From Diadema setosum (lineage: Eukaryota), in NCBI RefSeq assembly GCF_964275005.1, contig NC_092705.1:620001-682000 (forward strand): 62,000 nt of DNA, in the 5' to 3' direction. Every line of letters begins with the position of its first letter. Within the stretch, counting starts at the first letter, position 1. Position numbers and translations under genes: made by a program. The notes beneath the pieces are model-generated. The model was not told the origin of the DNA, searched no databases, and saw only the letters and a program-made list of their open reading frames with translations. Shown here piece after piece: positions 24,248-36,124 of this stretch.

Positions 24248-26140
24248 TCATACACTGACGTGTTCTTGAAGTTCGTGGCTAATGCCCAGAACGAAGCCCT
24301 CACTCGGGATTGTAGCAGTACATGAATATGCCGCCACAAAATCAAAGAATGCTTCAAGCACCCAAGCATATTTGACGATGAAGACACAGTGGGCTTTAAA
24401 GAGTCTGTCAAATTCTTGCTTCCGGTCATCTCCAGCCTGGACTTAGTATGGTCTTGTCCAGGATGAGAAAATACTGGATGTACGTCTAGTCACTCCCTTA
24501 TCTGACTAAGCAGGGCTGGCTGAAGGTGGCATCTTTAGCATCACTGAACTTTGCGCTTCTCGCTCGTGATGTATACGTTTCGCGCGGATCAACTTGGCGT
24601 TTCCCGTTTGTTAGGGCTTTCAGGTGGGAGAATCTCCAGATCAGAAGATGCTTGGGGCTGGGGTTGGAGTCTCTGCATCAGCCATGCCATGAACATTGGT
24701 TCCTACCTGAAAAGAGATTAAACATGTATAGCAGTACTGATATTTCGAACTAAATTTCACTTGAATCGTTTGAGCAAATGACAAAGGCTGCAATTATTAT
24801 CAAATAAACTTTGCATCACATAGAGGGAAGTTAAGTTCTCAGTGAGAGGGCACTCTGGAGGGAAAAAAATATTAAAATATAATTTTACATATTGATCTTA
24901 GATACAATGTACTAATAACATATTCATCACATAACTTTTAGTTTGTGATGTACAAGTAAATATTTCTGATATATTTCGGAACATATTATTTTAAAACATT
25001 TTGTCTCACTGATCTGGTAAACCTCAAAGCCTTGAAAAAAATTCCCAGAAATCAGATTACTTTTTGTCATCATCGGGGTGGGGCCTACTTGATATTTACA
25101 TGTTCCAGACTCATAAGATATTTGATGTACATATTATTACAAATCAATAGAAGTCAGCATGCATTTTTAATCCGTAATTTAATGAATTTAAAAGAAAACT
25201 GTCAAAACACGGTAGATACCCCTTCACAATACTCATTGCTGAATGTTCTAAAGTTTGTTTGAGAAGAATCGCTTCAAAAACACTGATATATCAGAGAAGA
25301 AAACTTTGCATTTCTCACGACAGCATGAGAAATTCAGATTTTTAAATTCCACCTGTTACTGAGTACATTACATGCAGATTCTACACGAGTCTTGCTTTGT
25401 AAGATACGAAGCTCAAATATTCTTCTCTAAACATGAGCTGGTACTTAAAAGCCAATGAAACATGCATATTGATAATTCTCAAAATTGGAAGCTCAGTGAT
25501 TTGATCATGAACTGATTTCAAGTCTATAAACATTAAGCATATACTGTACTTACAGGCACATAGTCATTCTGCACCAGGTACTGCTGGGCATCCCTCGGGA
25601 GCATGAGAGGTCCTCTCCCTTTCTTCTACATGGGGATGTTGGGTCTGTGAAGCATCGCTGCAAGTAGTGACATTCCACAAAATTCCTATAGAATGGAACA
25701 CAATACAATTTTTTTTTTTCAACTTTAAGTATTTCACCCATTCTCTTTAACATATTAGATATGACGTATTGTATCAGCTCTGACAATCCCTAACATTCAG
25801 TTTTCGACTTATTATCAATATCAGTCTATGAAGAGCAAACTCGTGCACATTCACTTTCCTGAAATGTGTAATAGCAATGAAGCATAAACAAATGAGTAAG
25901 TTTTACTCTTACACTTTGGACAGAAATTGTTCCAGTAATTATAATCAATGCCACAAGATCTATGAGGATTGGCGGAAGGACTTACTGTCTCCATCCATGT
26001 CTTCACATCTTCTTACGATGTCTTGCAACTAAGGGTGGTTTCGCTTGGCAAGTGCAAGATTCTATTGACATAAAATGGCTCCCATCTGTTCACGATCTCC
26101 TGCACTTTTCTCGGTACAACTGGGCAAAGTCCGCATTGAT
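24248..26140 (-). pseudogene. Decayed multi-exon accessory ORF of EnSpm/CMC-type element (SAMD3-like family)
   Basis: Minus-strand exons with AG/GT borders: 26140-25986 (INADFAQLYREK/EIVNRW), 25685-25554 (MSLLAAML..KKGRG..DAQQYLVQ..VP) and 24706-~24248 (VGTNV..., QYFLILDK, FDRLFKAHCVFIVKY..LEAFFDFV). Contains stops and frameshifts. Confidence 0.6.
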
Positions 26141-28140
26141 CTGAAAATAAACACAAAAACTGTGAAATATCAGTGATAAGGAAGTGGAAAATGAAAAACA
26201 GAAACGCTTGACAAAAAAAAAAAAGGAAGAAAACAAATATGCTTCGGGGTATAAACGGTCGTCATAGCCACACTTCTAGATTTTTATGTAATTAATTATT
26301 TCTTATTGGTCTCGAGGGTTGTATTTCATGCTGGAGAAAAAAATGAGACCGATATCTCTGATTTTTGTTTCAGATGTTATCGTTAAAATCAATTTTTAGA
26401 AATACCAGGGATGTCTTGCATATCTAAACACCAAGAAGGGATAGTCCTGACAGAGTACTCCTTGGAGTACAAATTATACAAATAACAGGTAATTTGCATT
26501 CCCTTTATCTTAAAAAATATTAAAAGTAAAAAATAAAAAAGGCCTCATATATTGTAAAACTTCACTACATTCTCTCACTGGTGTATGTGACATCTCAGCC
26601 AGAAGTGTAGATCTGTAGAATTTTTAAGTCTAGATCCTTCTACTCAAACACAGATCACCACATTGATTATGCTACAAAGAGAAAGACTGGAGTAGATTAC
26701 CTTTATCCAGGTGCGAAATCTTGTTCCATTGCACGAGTTAATTCCATACATTATTTGTTTCATACAACGCCTTCAACAATAACACTAACAGACTTACTAG
26801 TTCAAGAAAGAGTCTTGAATTCAGTGCAGAAATGGCAACCATAAGGCCTAGGTGTCCAGGCCTACTACTGAGTGGTAGTAATAATAGTAGAAGTATTTTC
26901 ATGGAATGCAAATCAGTAGCACATTCACATTACATACACATGTACGCAGCCGAGTGCAAGTAGCATTGAAGTTGATTATTCCAGTAAAATGAGTGACATG
27001 ATGCACGCTTGATAGTAAGAGTGTTGAGTGCACACGCCAAAGGTAATTGTTCATTGTGACATCAGACTCAGTAGACCTAGTCATGCAGTGGAACAGAAAC
27101 TGTTTATTAATTGTAGACCCCCTATTTTAATATGGGAGTCAATAGAAATTGGTGATGTCAGCCAATATGGCCCATGCGATAGAAGTTTTTAAAGTTCAGA
27201 GCTTGACGCCACTGCACTGGCATTGCAACATTGGCGCCCTAAACCCTGGGGCGCTCATCACACAGGGGGCTTCGTGTTTGGGCTGGTCGCAGTTCTATTG
27301 TAGCGCCCATATAGGGTCTACGTACTATTGGTGGCCTAAACACAACGTTAAAAATAAAACCCATCTAACAGCATATGCCCTACATTTTATCACAGCATAG
27401 GGCATGATAAGGCCTAGAACTGTGCCTTTCTACGTAGAAATTGATAAATTAAACCTTACAAGAGTGTAGGAAGGGGTGAACTGACACTAACTTGTTACTG
27501 TTACTCAGTGTTAGACGACAGTTAGGCCTACGCTACAGTAGCCTGTTATGCCCATAGCTTTACCTTTCAGTCAAGACACCAACATCGTAAATCATTAGGT
27601 AGAATGGGCGCTTTATAAGAGTCCCTGTATTATTACACTTGTACTTGCAGTTTCACCGAAATAGAGCCCCCACAATACTAGTATAACGTTAGCCTTCATG
27701 TAACTTGTTACAATGTTTGGATAGACACATTACTAATTAGCCATGAACAGCTAAAGTTAGCACTGGCGCTTCAGCTGCTAGGGATGGACAGCGCTGTATA
27801 CAGCGGCAAGGCTCAAACTCGTCAAAAATGTAGGGCGGTTAGTGCACATCTTAACATCTTTTATCTTTGGTTACTGAGTCCCAGAGTTATCAAACACATT
27901 CTTAAGCATTCATACAGTAATATGCTCACCTTTAAGCAACTTGGTCAAGCTTCCGTCAGATCATGCCCTCAAAAAACTCCGGCCTGCATGACTTCTGCCT
28001 TCAAGACCAACTCAACTGTTCGAGTCAAGTGTTTGTTTGCAAATGGTCGATGGTAGGTACAAGTACATACACATATTGTGCACTGAATGTGTGTGTATGA
28101 CTACGCTATCTAGCATCGCATGAAGCAAAGTGACGGCCAG

Positions 28141-28205
28141 CGCCAATTCCGGTTTTAGGCGGTTCAAGATAGCGCATGACGTCATTTACAAGTCATCTGA
28201 TTGGC
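28141..28205 (-). promoter_or_regulatory. Putative internal promoter of the EnSpm-like element
   Basis: CRE palindrome TGACGTCA at 28177-28184, CCAAT boxes (28143 on +, ~28200-28204 on -) and a TTCCGG ETS-like core. It lies just upstream of a minus-strand AG|GTGAG donor at 27929. Confidence 0.4.
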
Positions 28206-28352
28206 TGAAAGTTTAAGTCCTTGTTAGATTTAGATTGCGAACAGCTTCGACATTCAACTTTTAATCGAAGCCACCTAAAATAAGTCTTAAAGACTTAAAA
28301 TATTTTAAGTCGTAAGAAAGATTTAGAATTTAAGTCCTAGAAATTAAGAGAG

Positions 28353-28456
28353 TTCTTTTGCAATCGGAAGTAGTACTCATCAGAGATATCCAAAGCACTA
28401 AAGCCAGTTATTTTATCCTGTACGGGGCCCCATACAGTAGCCCCAAAGCGCCCCCT

Positions 28457-28487
<31 letters not shown>

Positions 28488-28630
28488 CGCACACACATAT
28501 TGGTTTCATTCAGCCGAAAAGGGTCACGGCTAATTTCTTTTGCAATGGAAGTAGTACCCATCGAATATCCAAAATACCAAAGTCAGATATTTTATCCTGC
28601 ACGGGGCCCCAGACAGTAGCTCCAAAGTGT
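28353..28630 (+). repeat. Continuation of ~160-180-bp tandem repeat after EnSpm-like insertion
   Basis: Resumes at TTCTTTTGCAAT, exactly where the unit was split at 20550. Confidence 0.88.
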
Positions 28631-28639
28631 TTTGCTTTA

Positions 28640-29325
28640 TTCTCTTTATTGTTTGCATCTATTCTTCTTCTTTGATATGCGCTCCTTCGTCTTCATTTTC
28701 GCGACAACGACAACGTCCTCATCATCATCATCAGTTTTGCTGTTCTGGCAAACATTTTCCAGCGTATCGGCTACGTTCGATTTTAGAGCGGCGAGAGCGG
28801 AAGACATTCGTAATTGAGTCTGGGAAAGCGTAGGAACAGCGTAGCTAAAGCGGCCAACAGCGTTATCGAAGCAGGAATGAAGCGTCGTAGGAACAGGCCT
28901 TGATTTCATACAAGAGTAGAGAACTTAGTGAGAGCGTCGTTAAAGCGGGAAGGTCGTGCTTTGATCAAGAAAGCGGCGCAGCAGCGGGACCATGTCGTCG
29001 GTGGTTAGTTTAGACTACTTCCCGTTCTTGTGCCGCTGTTACTACGGTCAGAAAAACCTGGAATTGTTACGTTCATCCCGCGGTATTTACACTGTCACTG
29101 CTCTCTCCCCGTTTGAGCTACGATTCAAAATAGGTCAATCTTGATGGGGAGATGGGGAAGAAATTTTGAACCAGTTCAAAATTTCTTCCCGATCTGTAAA
29201 ATTGCCAGATCCAACCCCATCACCCGAACGCTGCTGCTACGATGCTCCCGGTCCCCGTACACTTTTGCCGCTCTCTCCCGATCTGACAGATTGAATAGAT
29301 CGGGATGCAGATCTTGATAGTGGAA
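28640..29325. mobile_element. Partial PIF/Harbinger-like element related to 52911-54047
   Basis: Shares TTCTGGCA(A/G)ACATTTT, TAGGTCAAT..TGAT.GGG, TTTTGAAC, CTCTCTCCCGATCTG and terminal GATAGTGGAA with the intronic copy; only one terminus is visible. Confidence 0.65.
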
Positions 29326-29329
29326 TTAT

Positions 29330-31301
29330 ATGTGGGGACACTTTAGGAACACTCCGTGGGGCCCCCGTACAGCTATATAACTGCTTTCGGTGTTTTTGAT
29401 ACCTCGTTGAGTACTACTTCCATTGCAACAGAAATTATAGCAGTGATTCTTTTCACGTAGAATAAAATGATACGGAAGCACTTTCCAGCTACTGGCTGGA
29501 GGCCCCTTAAAGAATAAAAATAACTGGATGGGTTTGTGTTTTACGTATCTCAGCTGTTGATTCCACTGCCAAGGAAAATAGGCATACATGACTCTTTTCA
29601 CCTAAAAACGCTTAATTCATATGGGGTGGGAATACCTCGGGGCTATACCTGTCAAGGGCCCTGCATCCGGGCCAATTTTGCACCTCTTTTAATCGAATTC
29701 TTTAATGCTGAATTGAATTTAGCAAAAATTTCGCCTAGACGACATGGTAGTTCAATGTCATAATCTCTTCATTCAAATTCATTTTGAAACATTCACATTA
29801 CCTCTAACCTTATTCTAAATAACACCTTTTTCAACTGAAATCCATTTATAAGACAAGCACCATTCCACTATCCGTTCATTCACAGATTCATAATGATATA
29901 GTCACGTGATCACATGCTGCGCTCGTTCATTCAAATTGATTTCTGGCCATCTAATTTAACATGTTCTGCAGTCAGTTAAACAGATATGTTCATGCTTGAC
30001 CTCTTTCCTTATTTTCTTTCTATTTTCTTTCATCGTAGTTATTTTTTTGTAAGCATCATAACATTTCGTGTTTTGGTATTCGTTTAAGAGCCTTTGACAC
30101 CATTTTTTTTTTTTTTTTTTGTTTGTTTTAACGTGCTTTTTGAATCCGAAGAAGTAAGAAGCCACAAATTATCTGGCCGTTACGAGCGCTTTATTACGAG
30201 CGGTCGGCCAGTTCCAGGAAGTCAAGGTTATGATCCTCAAATGTTGTTTTTTTTTTTAATTCTTTCTATGTCTTCTAGAGATATACGTCTGTATCTATTA
30301 TGCTGTCATGACTATAAAAAATGAAGTTAATCTGCATTACTGGTACACGTATAGGCCTATAATGACATGTATATGAAAGAGAAGGAGCGTTACAGAACAA
30401 CCAAATCCAGTTATACTAGATAAAATGATATGATACTTTTACTGCTTTAAACGAAAACACGCATAGAAAGACAAGTTAAAATGATCTGAAACAAAGAAAT
30501 AGCATGATTTGAATTTGAATGAACACGTTTGGAATTTGACTGTCTTTCGTGAAATCTAATGACTGAAATACCCTTTTCGGCAAGTCAAGGCGATTTTGAA
30601 TGAACGTAGGGTACCAGCCAATTTGAATACCCATTTTACGAATTTTACAAAAGTGCGAAATTGGCTGGAAAAACCTAACTGGCTTTGATGTTTTGGGTAT
30701 CTATGATGTAAACTAAGGCCTACGATTGTAAAAGAAAAACAACTATGACTCTTTTCAGCTAAATGATGTCATAATAATTATGTGGGGGAGGGGCACTCTA
30801 TGGCTACTGTACTGGGCTCAGTACAGGATGAAATGACTGGTTTTCGTAATATGGGCATCTCGGTTGTGCACTATACAGAAGTATGCTTCCTTTGCAAATT
30901 TCTTGGGTGTTTTGCTACTGTAACCTATAGGACCCCGTATACAGGATAAGATGACTTGCTTTGGTGTTTGTGATATCTCTGTTCAGTAGGCCCTGATATT
31001 TACGTTACAAAAGAATTTGTAAGACCATTTTCAGCTGATTCACAGTACATGTATAATGGATGGGACACTATGGAGCTACTGTCTGGGGCTCTGTACAGGA
31101 TAAAATAACTGGCCTTGGTATGTTGATTATCTCTGATAGGTACTTCTTCCAGTGCAAAAGAAATTACCCGTGTTTGGGGCTATACTGTCTGGGCCCCGTA
31201 CAGGATAAAATAACTGGCTTTGGTATTTTGGATATCTCTGGTGGGTACTACTTCCATTGCAAAAGAAATTAGCCGTGACCCTTTTCAGCTGAATGAAACT
31301 A

Positions 31302-31353
<52 letters not shown>

Positions 31354-31470
31354 GGGTGCACTTTGGGGCTACTGTCTGGGGCCCCGTACAGGATAAAATA
31401 ACTGGCCTTAGTGTTTTGAATATCTCTGATGAGTATGCCTACTACTTCCGATTGCAAAAGAAAGTAGCCA
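29330..31470 (-). repeat. Same ~160-180-bp tandem repeat in inverted orientation (right arm), interrupted by a ~1-kb insertion and truncated by the gap
   Basis: GGGGCCCCGTACAGGATAAAATAACTGGC...TACTACTTCCATTGCAAAAGAAA units at 29330-29540 and ~30670-31470. Confidence 0.85.
29668..30668. mobile_element. Probable non-autonomous TIR element
   Basis: Imperfect TIRs GCCAATTTTGCAC / GTGCGAAATTGGC and inverted ATTCAAA/TTTGAAT subterminal motifs. Confidence 0.45.
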
Positions 31471-31570
31471 NNNNNNNNNNNNNNNNNNNNNNNNNNNNNN
31501 NNNNNNNNNNNNNNNNNNNNNNNNNNNNNNNNNNNNNNNNNNNNNNNNNNNNNNNNNNNNNNNNNNNNNN
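31471..31570. other. Assembly gap (100 N)
   Basis: Run of 100 n characters. Confidence 1.
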
Positions 31571-32094
31571 ATAATCAAAGATAATTACCCAATGTTCAGA
31601 GAGTGGCAACCAAGCTTAACTAGTTTATTGCATTGTTAGTTCCCATCTAACATATCTAAAACCCCAGTCTACAAAGACCTTGTACATACCAACTTTTCCA
31701 GGTCATATACAGTACATGGCATATGACACCATTTGCTGGACTATTGTACACTGTACATACATAATATACTAATTATGTAATTATGCTAATTATGATATCT
31801 AAGACAATTACATAGTTTGGAAATACAAACCAGTGTTACAGATGAATTCCTGGTCTAAGAAAAAAAAAACATTGAAAATCGTATTATACGTGTGTTTTCG
31901 ATCTTTCTGCAGTGAAATTAAGAATATGACATATTGCGCTAATTAGCTGAATATGCTAATGAGACTAATAAAAAATGATTGTTCAAGGTTGCCAAGGTAC
32001 CAAGCAAGTTCAGATAACTTCAGTATCCATCCTAAGAATGAATCAACCAACAACACCAACAAAACTTTGGGCTCAACAGCATTTCCAGGTCATA

Positions 32095-33125
32095 TCATAT
32101 TATATCTTTTTCTGGCCCACGGTTAATGACTCTTGGTCTTCCAGGTTTTCCTGGAGAATTCAACTCAGTATGTTGTATAATGCCACGTCCCACATTCCGA
32201 TCCTAAGGCGACAACTCGATCGTCATTCCACACTATATACGATGTTATGTGTAGCCAGGTTCCGTTCCACTTCTTTTATGCGTCCCTCTATTAAGAGAGT
32301 GTAATGAAACAACTAATGCTTTTATAACGTATGAAGACAAGATGTTTGAGACTTGGATACAGTATGCATTAGAATGTTCAGTGTTCTGTTCTATCTTTGG
32401 TAATTGGTAAACATCTATTTAGATAAACTGAATTTAATCTGAGAGAATTTTTTTTTCTCACTGACCGACAAGATACTGTGTGTATTTCTATTATTGGCCA
32501 GCGGTCAATGACTGGCTCGACCAGGTTCTGCATTCAACTCACTAAGTCATCTACTTCTATCATTTCACTTCATCAGACAAAAACTCGTTTGTCATTCCCA
32601 TTATATACGAAACCGCCTGCCAGTGCATGCGGAAAGGTTACTCAGTACATTGTTCTTATGAGCCCCTCTAAATGACAAAGTATTGAGACAACTCGGATTT
32701 TCACAGTATGCACTGCCCATTGTGGCTGTCCCTATTTCTTATCAATCAGTATACTTCCATTACAATTAAGTTCATCCAGGCTCAGATTGTCAAGATATTT
32801 GAACGAGAGTGTTTTATTGTTCTATTCCATCCTGGTATTTACAAATATCCATTTAGCCAAATGTTGAACCACAAAGTAATGTGAACATGTCAGGTGTTAT
32901 ATTATATCTTTTTTTTTAGCCTACGGTTAATTACTCTTGGTCCTCCAGGTTTTACTGGAGAATTCAACTCAGTATGTTGTTTAATGCCACATAACAATAT
33001 TCCGATCCTAAGGCGACAACTCGATCCTCATTCCACATTATATACGAATATACAACTGTATGCGCAGCCAGGTTCTGTTCCATTTCTTTCTTCTTCTTCT
33101 TTTTGTCTGTGTCCCTCTATTAAGT
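32095..33125 (+). repeat. Diverged ~210-bp direct duplication (32095-32295 and 32897-33125)
   Basis: Both copies share GGAGAATTCAACTCAGTATGTTG and ATTCCGATCCTAAGGCGACAACTCGATC. Confidence 0.8.
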
Positions 33126-34107
33126 TGTATACTGTTAGCTCCTTTGGTTTCGTAATAGCTCACAATAATCACAGTACTACACACAAAGCTATTTGCTGTT
33201 AAATTCCATTCTTTTGTACCTCTCCAGAGCTGGGATTACTATACCAGCTTGATTTCTTTAGTCCTTACACCAATGTCACTGCTCCTGTCATCTTCTTGCT
33301 CAATCACTCGGGGTTCAATGAGACTCGCCGACTTTCCACTTGACAATTCTCTCATATTATCATGGTTACTTATTCACGTGTCATTACGAGCGAAAAACCG
33401 ATTCTCGGGTGATAACCTGCTTATTATTCCGAAGTCTTTCACGCACTCACATACAACTTCGTTTCACTCCTATTATTTGCCCCTCAAATCGTTAGTAATG
33501 AAACAGTTGTGTTTTGTTTTTAATCACGCTGCTCTACTGTGATCACTCCTCTGATCTAGAGTAATGTGACAACTCCCAAACTTGATTAATCTTTATGTTA
33601 CCTTATTCCTGATGAACACTTACCACTTCACGGCATTGTTTCGACAGCGTTATTAGTATTGTACATTATTTATGATCCCTGTCAGAGAGTATTTAAAGCT
33701 CCTGCTCATTTGTATCATTGGTTTATATAAAGTTTAAAAGTAAAATTGTAATAATTATTTGAAGTTTGTGTACATATGACTTTACAGGCATATTGTTATG
33801 TAGTCATTGTCTTTAATATAGACATGGTTGATATAGCTACATCTGTTTGTATATATCGTGATTCTCTTCGCAATCACTTTATGGTTCTTTTTCTCGTAAA
33901 TATATAAAAAGTAATTATTTAGATAATATTTGCTGTATATAATTACCCATTTTGGTACCCCTGGCAGACTGCCAAATACTGTTGTAGGTTTTTTTTTTCC
34001 CATTAATTCTTCCCGCATATTCCAGACATTGTATATTTTTTCTATACGGTGACTCTAGTTTCAAGTAAATAATTTAGACGCTGCACTCTTTATCACATAC
34101 ACTCAAG

Positions 34108-34690
34108 ATGAATGCACACGCACGCACGCTCAGCGCACATGCACACACAGACACCTGCACTTGCACTCAAACCTCTTCCCACGACCCTTCAGTTTCTACA
34201 CATACCCCCACACCGACAATGATCCCTCATGGTATGATCTTTGATGATCAAAGTTTGAATGACTCCGAAAGTGGTTATTACACAACTGCCGAGTTTAATG
34301 CACTGATAAAACAAAATAAATTTCAATCATTTTTTGATTTGTTTGGTCTTTTTCACATCAATGCCAGAAGTTTAAATAAGAATTTTGATTCTATAGAATC
34401 ACTTCTTTCCTCTTTACAAAATTTTCAGTTTAGTATAATTGGTATATCAGAAACTTGGCTTAATACAAATTCACCACCAATATTTAATTTAGAGCATTAT
34501 CGAACGTATCGTTCTGATCGTTACTTAGGTAAGGGAGGTGGGGTTGCTTTCTACATTAAAAATAACATTGATATGAAAGTCAGGCATGACTTACATATCG
34601 AGGGTACGGAAGATATTTTTGTTGAAATTTTGAACAGTAAAGCAAAAAATATAATAATAGGTAATATATATAGGTCCCCCAAGAAATAAC
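34108..34690 (+). pseudogene. LINE ORF2 5' part (apurinic endonuclease N-terminus)
   Basis: APE motifs; ends at the LTR junction with a +1 frameshift in TCCCCC relative to the downstream half. Confidence 0.85.
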
Positions 34691-35748
34691 TGTCACAGTG
34701 TGTTACAAGTGACCTAGCTTATTGGTCTAGATGAGGCAGTTTGATCACCCGAAATGAAATATAAGAAGAGATAAAGTACCGTTGAAATTATGTGTGCATT
34801 TATCAAAGTGTAATCAAGTCTTCAAATCATACATCCGGTCGTACAATATAATAGTCTTCTGAGCTCAGAGCTTGAACATATCTCGCAGATTAAATGACTG
34901 TTATCCCATATATCAAATACTAACAACCTTCTAACTCCAAAACTAATAACTCTCAATATGTATCTTTTGACTTATAAACTAACTCAGTAACCCAGTACTA
35001 TCACACTCCTCACAATATTGACATAATTATGAGACGGCGTGGGCATGTGGCTTGCCACAACAAAAGATATCCCTGACCATAATGTCGGTCAGCGTTCAGG
35101 GTTCACTTCAATACAAACTTGTGGTTCCGGTTTATCATTTATTGGGAAATGTTGTCATACTGACTTTGCTTCGCGAATCGGCGTTCTCCATATGCGACGA
35201 CAGCCTTGCGTCCTTGGAGACGGCGAACGCGAAGCGCCTGGAGAATGTGTCGGGGCGACAACGACGTCCTTCGACCGGTCAACCGCGGTTCAGCGAAGGC
35301 GACGGATCCAGCCCCGTGTAACCGGCGTTACTGTGGAGGGGGTGTGTCTCGAACTCGGCGAGGGAAATCCGGGCAAACGGATCAGGCAGCGGCTGAACAG
35401 GAGGCACCTGTGGAGTCTCGACCCGGTGATTGTGTGAGCTTATGTGGACGAAGCTCCACTATACCCTTAACAGCCGTAGTTGGGCCTTAGACACCCCAGT
35501 TGTGGCATCACTGCTAGACAAGGCTCTGCAGCGTCTGGTCTGTCTGGTGACAAGACAGGGTGTGGCAGCTTCACTTCTTGTGAGCCTGCCTATACATACG
35601 CTGGCTGCTGCAAACTTAGCTATGCTGTGGAACAATAGCTGTCAAACACCTGCATGTGGGATGCCATCAACCCGGCTAAATTCATATTCAAATTCACTTC
35701 CTCCCAGACTGGAGGGTATTTAAATTAGATTTAAATCAACTCCTTACA
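34691..35748 (-). repeat. 3' LTR
   Basis: TGTCAC...CTTACA, direct repeat of 40981-42038; 3 mismatches seen (34773, 34804, 34871). Confidence 0.95.
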
Positions 35749-35768
35749 CTACCCCCCCCCCCCATTTC
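35749..35768 (-). promoter_or_regulatory. Polypurine tract
   Basis: Minus strand GAAATGGGGGGGGGGGGTAG immediately precedes the 3' LTR. Confidence 0.85.
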
Positions 35769-36124
35769 AAGAAAATGTATCACATTTTGCCAGACCCAAC
35801 GGAAGAGCTATTTTCACTCACTATGAGTGAATGATTTTCTGTCACTATTTTATCAAACCCAACATAAAAGTTAATTTCACTTGTTATGCTTTTCTCTCCC
35901 TATAACCTGTCAAATGAAATAAAGTGACGCTTTTTCGTCCTAAGGCTGACATGTATTCTTCATGCCTAATGAAAAAAGGGGTTATAATTAAAAATTTCCT
36001 CCTGGGAAGATATATATTCCCCTAAACTAGATTAATATATTTCTATCACACTAATTGATATACCTTAGCCAAAATGTAAACATTAGATGCATTCAAAACA
36101 GAGAATGGGGCAATACCGAGAAAT

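Larger units (their letters stand above)
20551..28352 (-). mobile_element. 7.8-kb non-autonomous EnSpm/CMC-like DNA transposon
   Basis: 18-bp perfect TIR CTCTCTTAATTTCTAGGA (20551-20568) / TCCTAGAAATTAAGAGAG (28335-28352), a 2-bp TT TSD that splits a tandem-repeat unit (GGCTACTTT|...|TTCTTTTGCAAT), and many GGATTTA/GACTTA subterminal repeats at both ends. Confidence 0.8.

Noticed and set aside
19550..31470. CRISPR-like or retrozyme interpretation of the ~160-bp repeats (CTGATGAG...GAAA at ~31426)
   Set aside because: Whole units are repeated without unique spacers and there are no cas genes. The CUGAUGA...GAAA lacks a closing stem II and is absent from most units, so it is not a hammerhead.
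35039..35723. Overlapping + strand ORFs duplicated at 41329-42013
   Set aside because: They lie inside the LTRs, have no recognisable domain, and are duplicated only because the LTRs are.
35769..36124. Possible env or extra ORF in the gypsy element
   Set aside because: Only ~350 bp of AT-rich non-coding sequence lies between the pol stop and the PPT.
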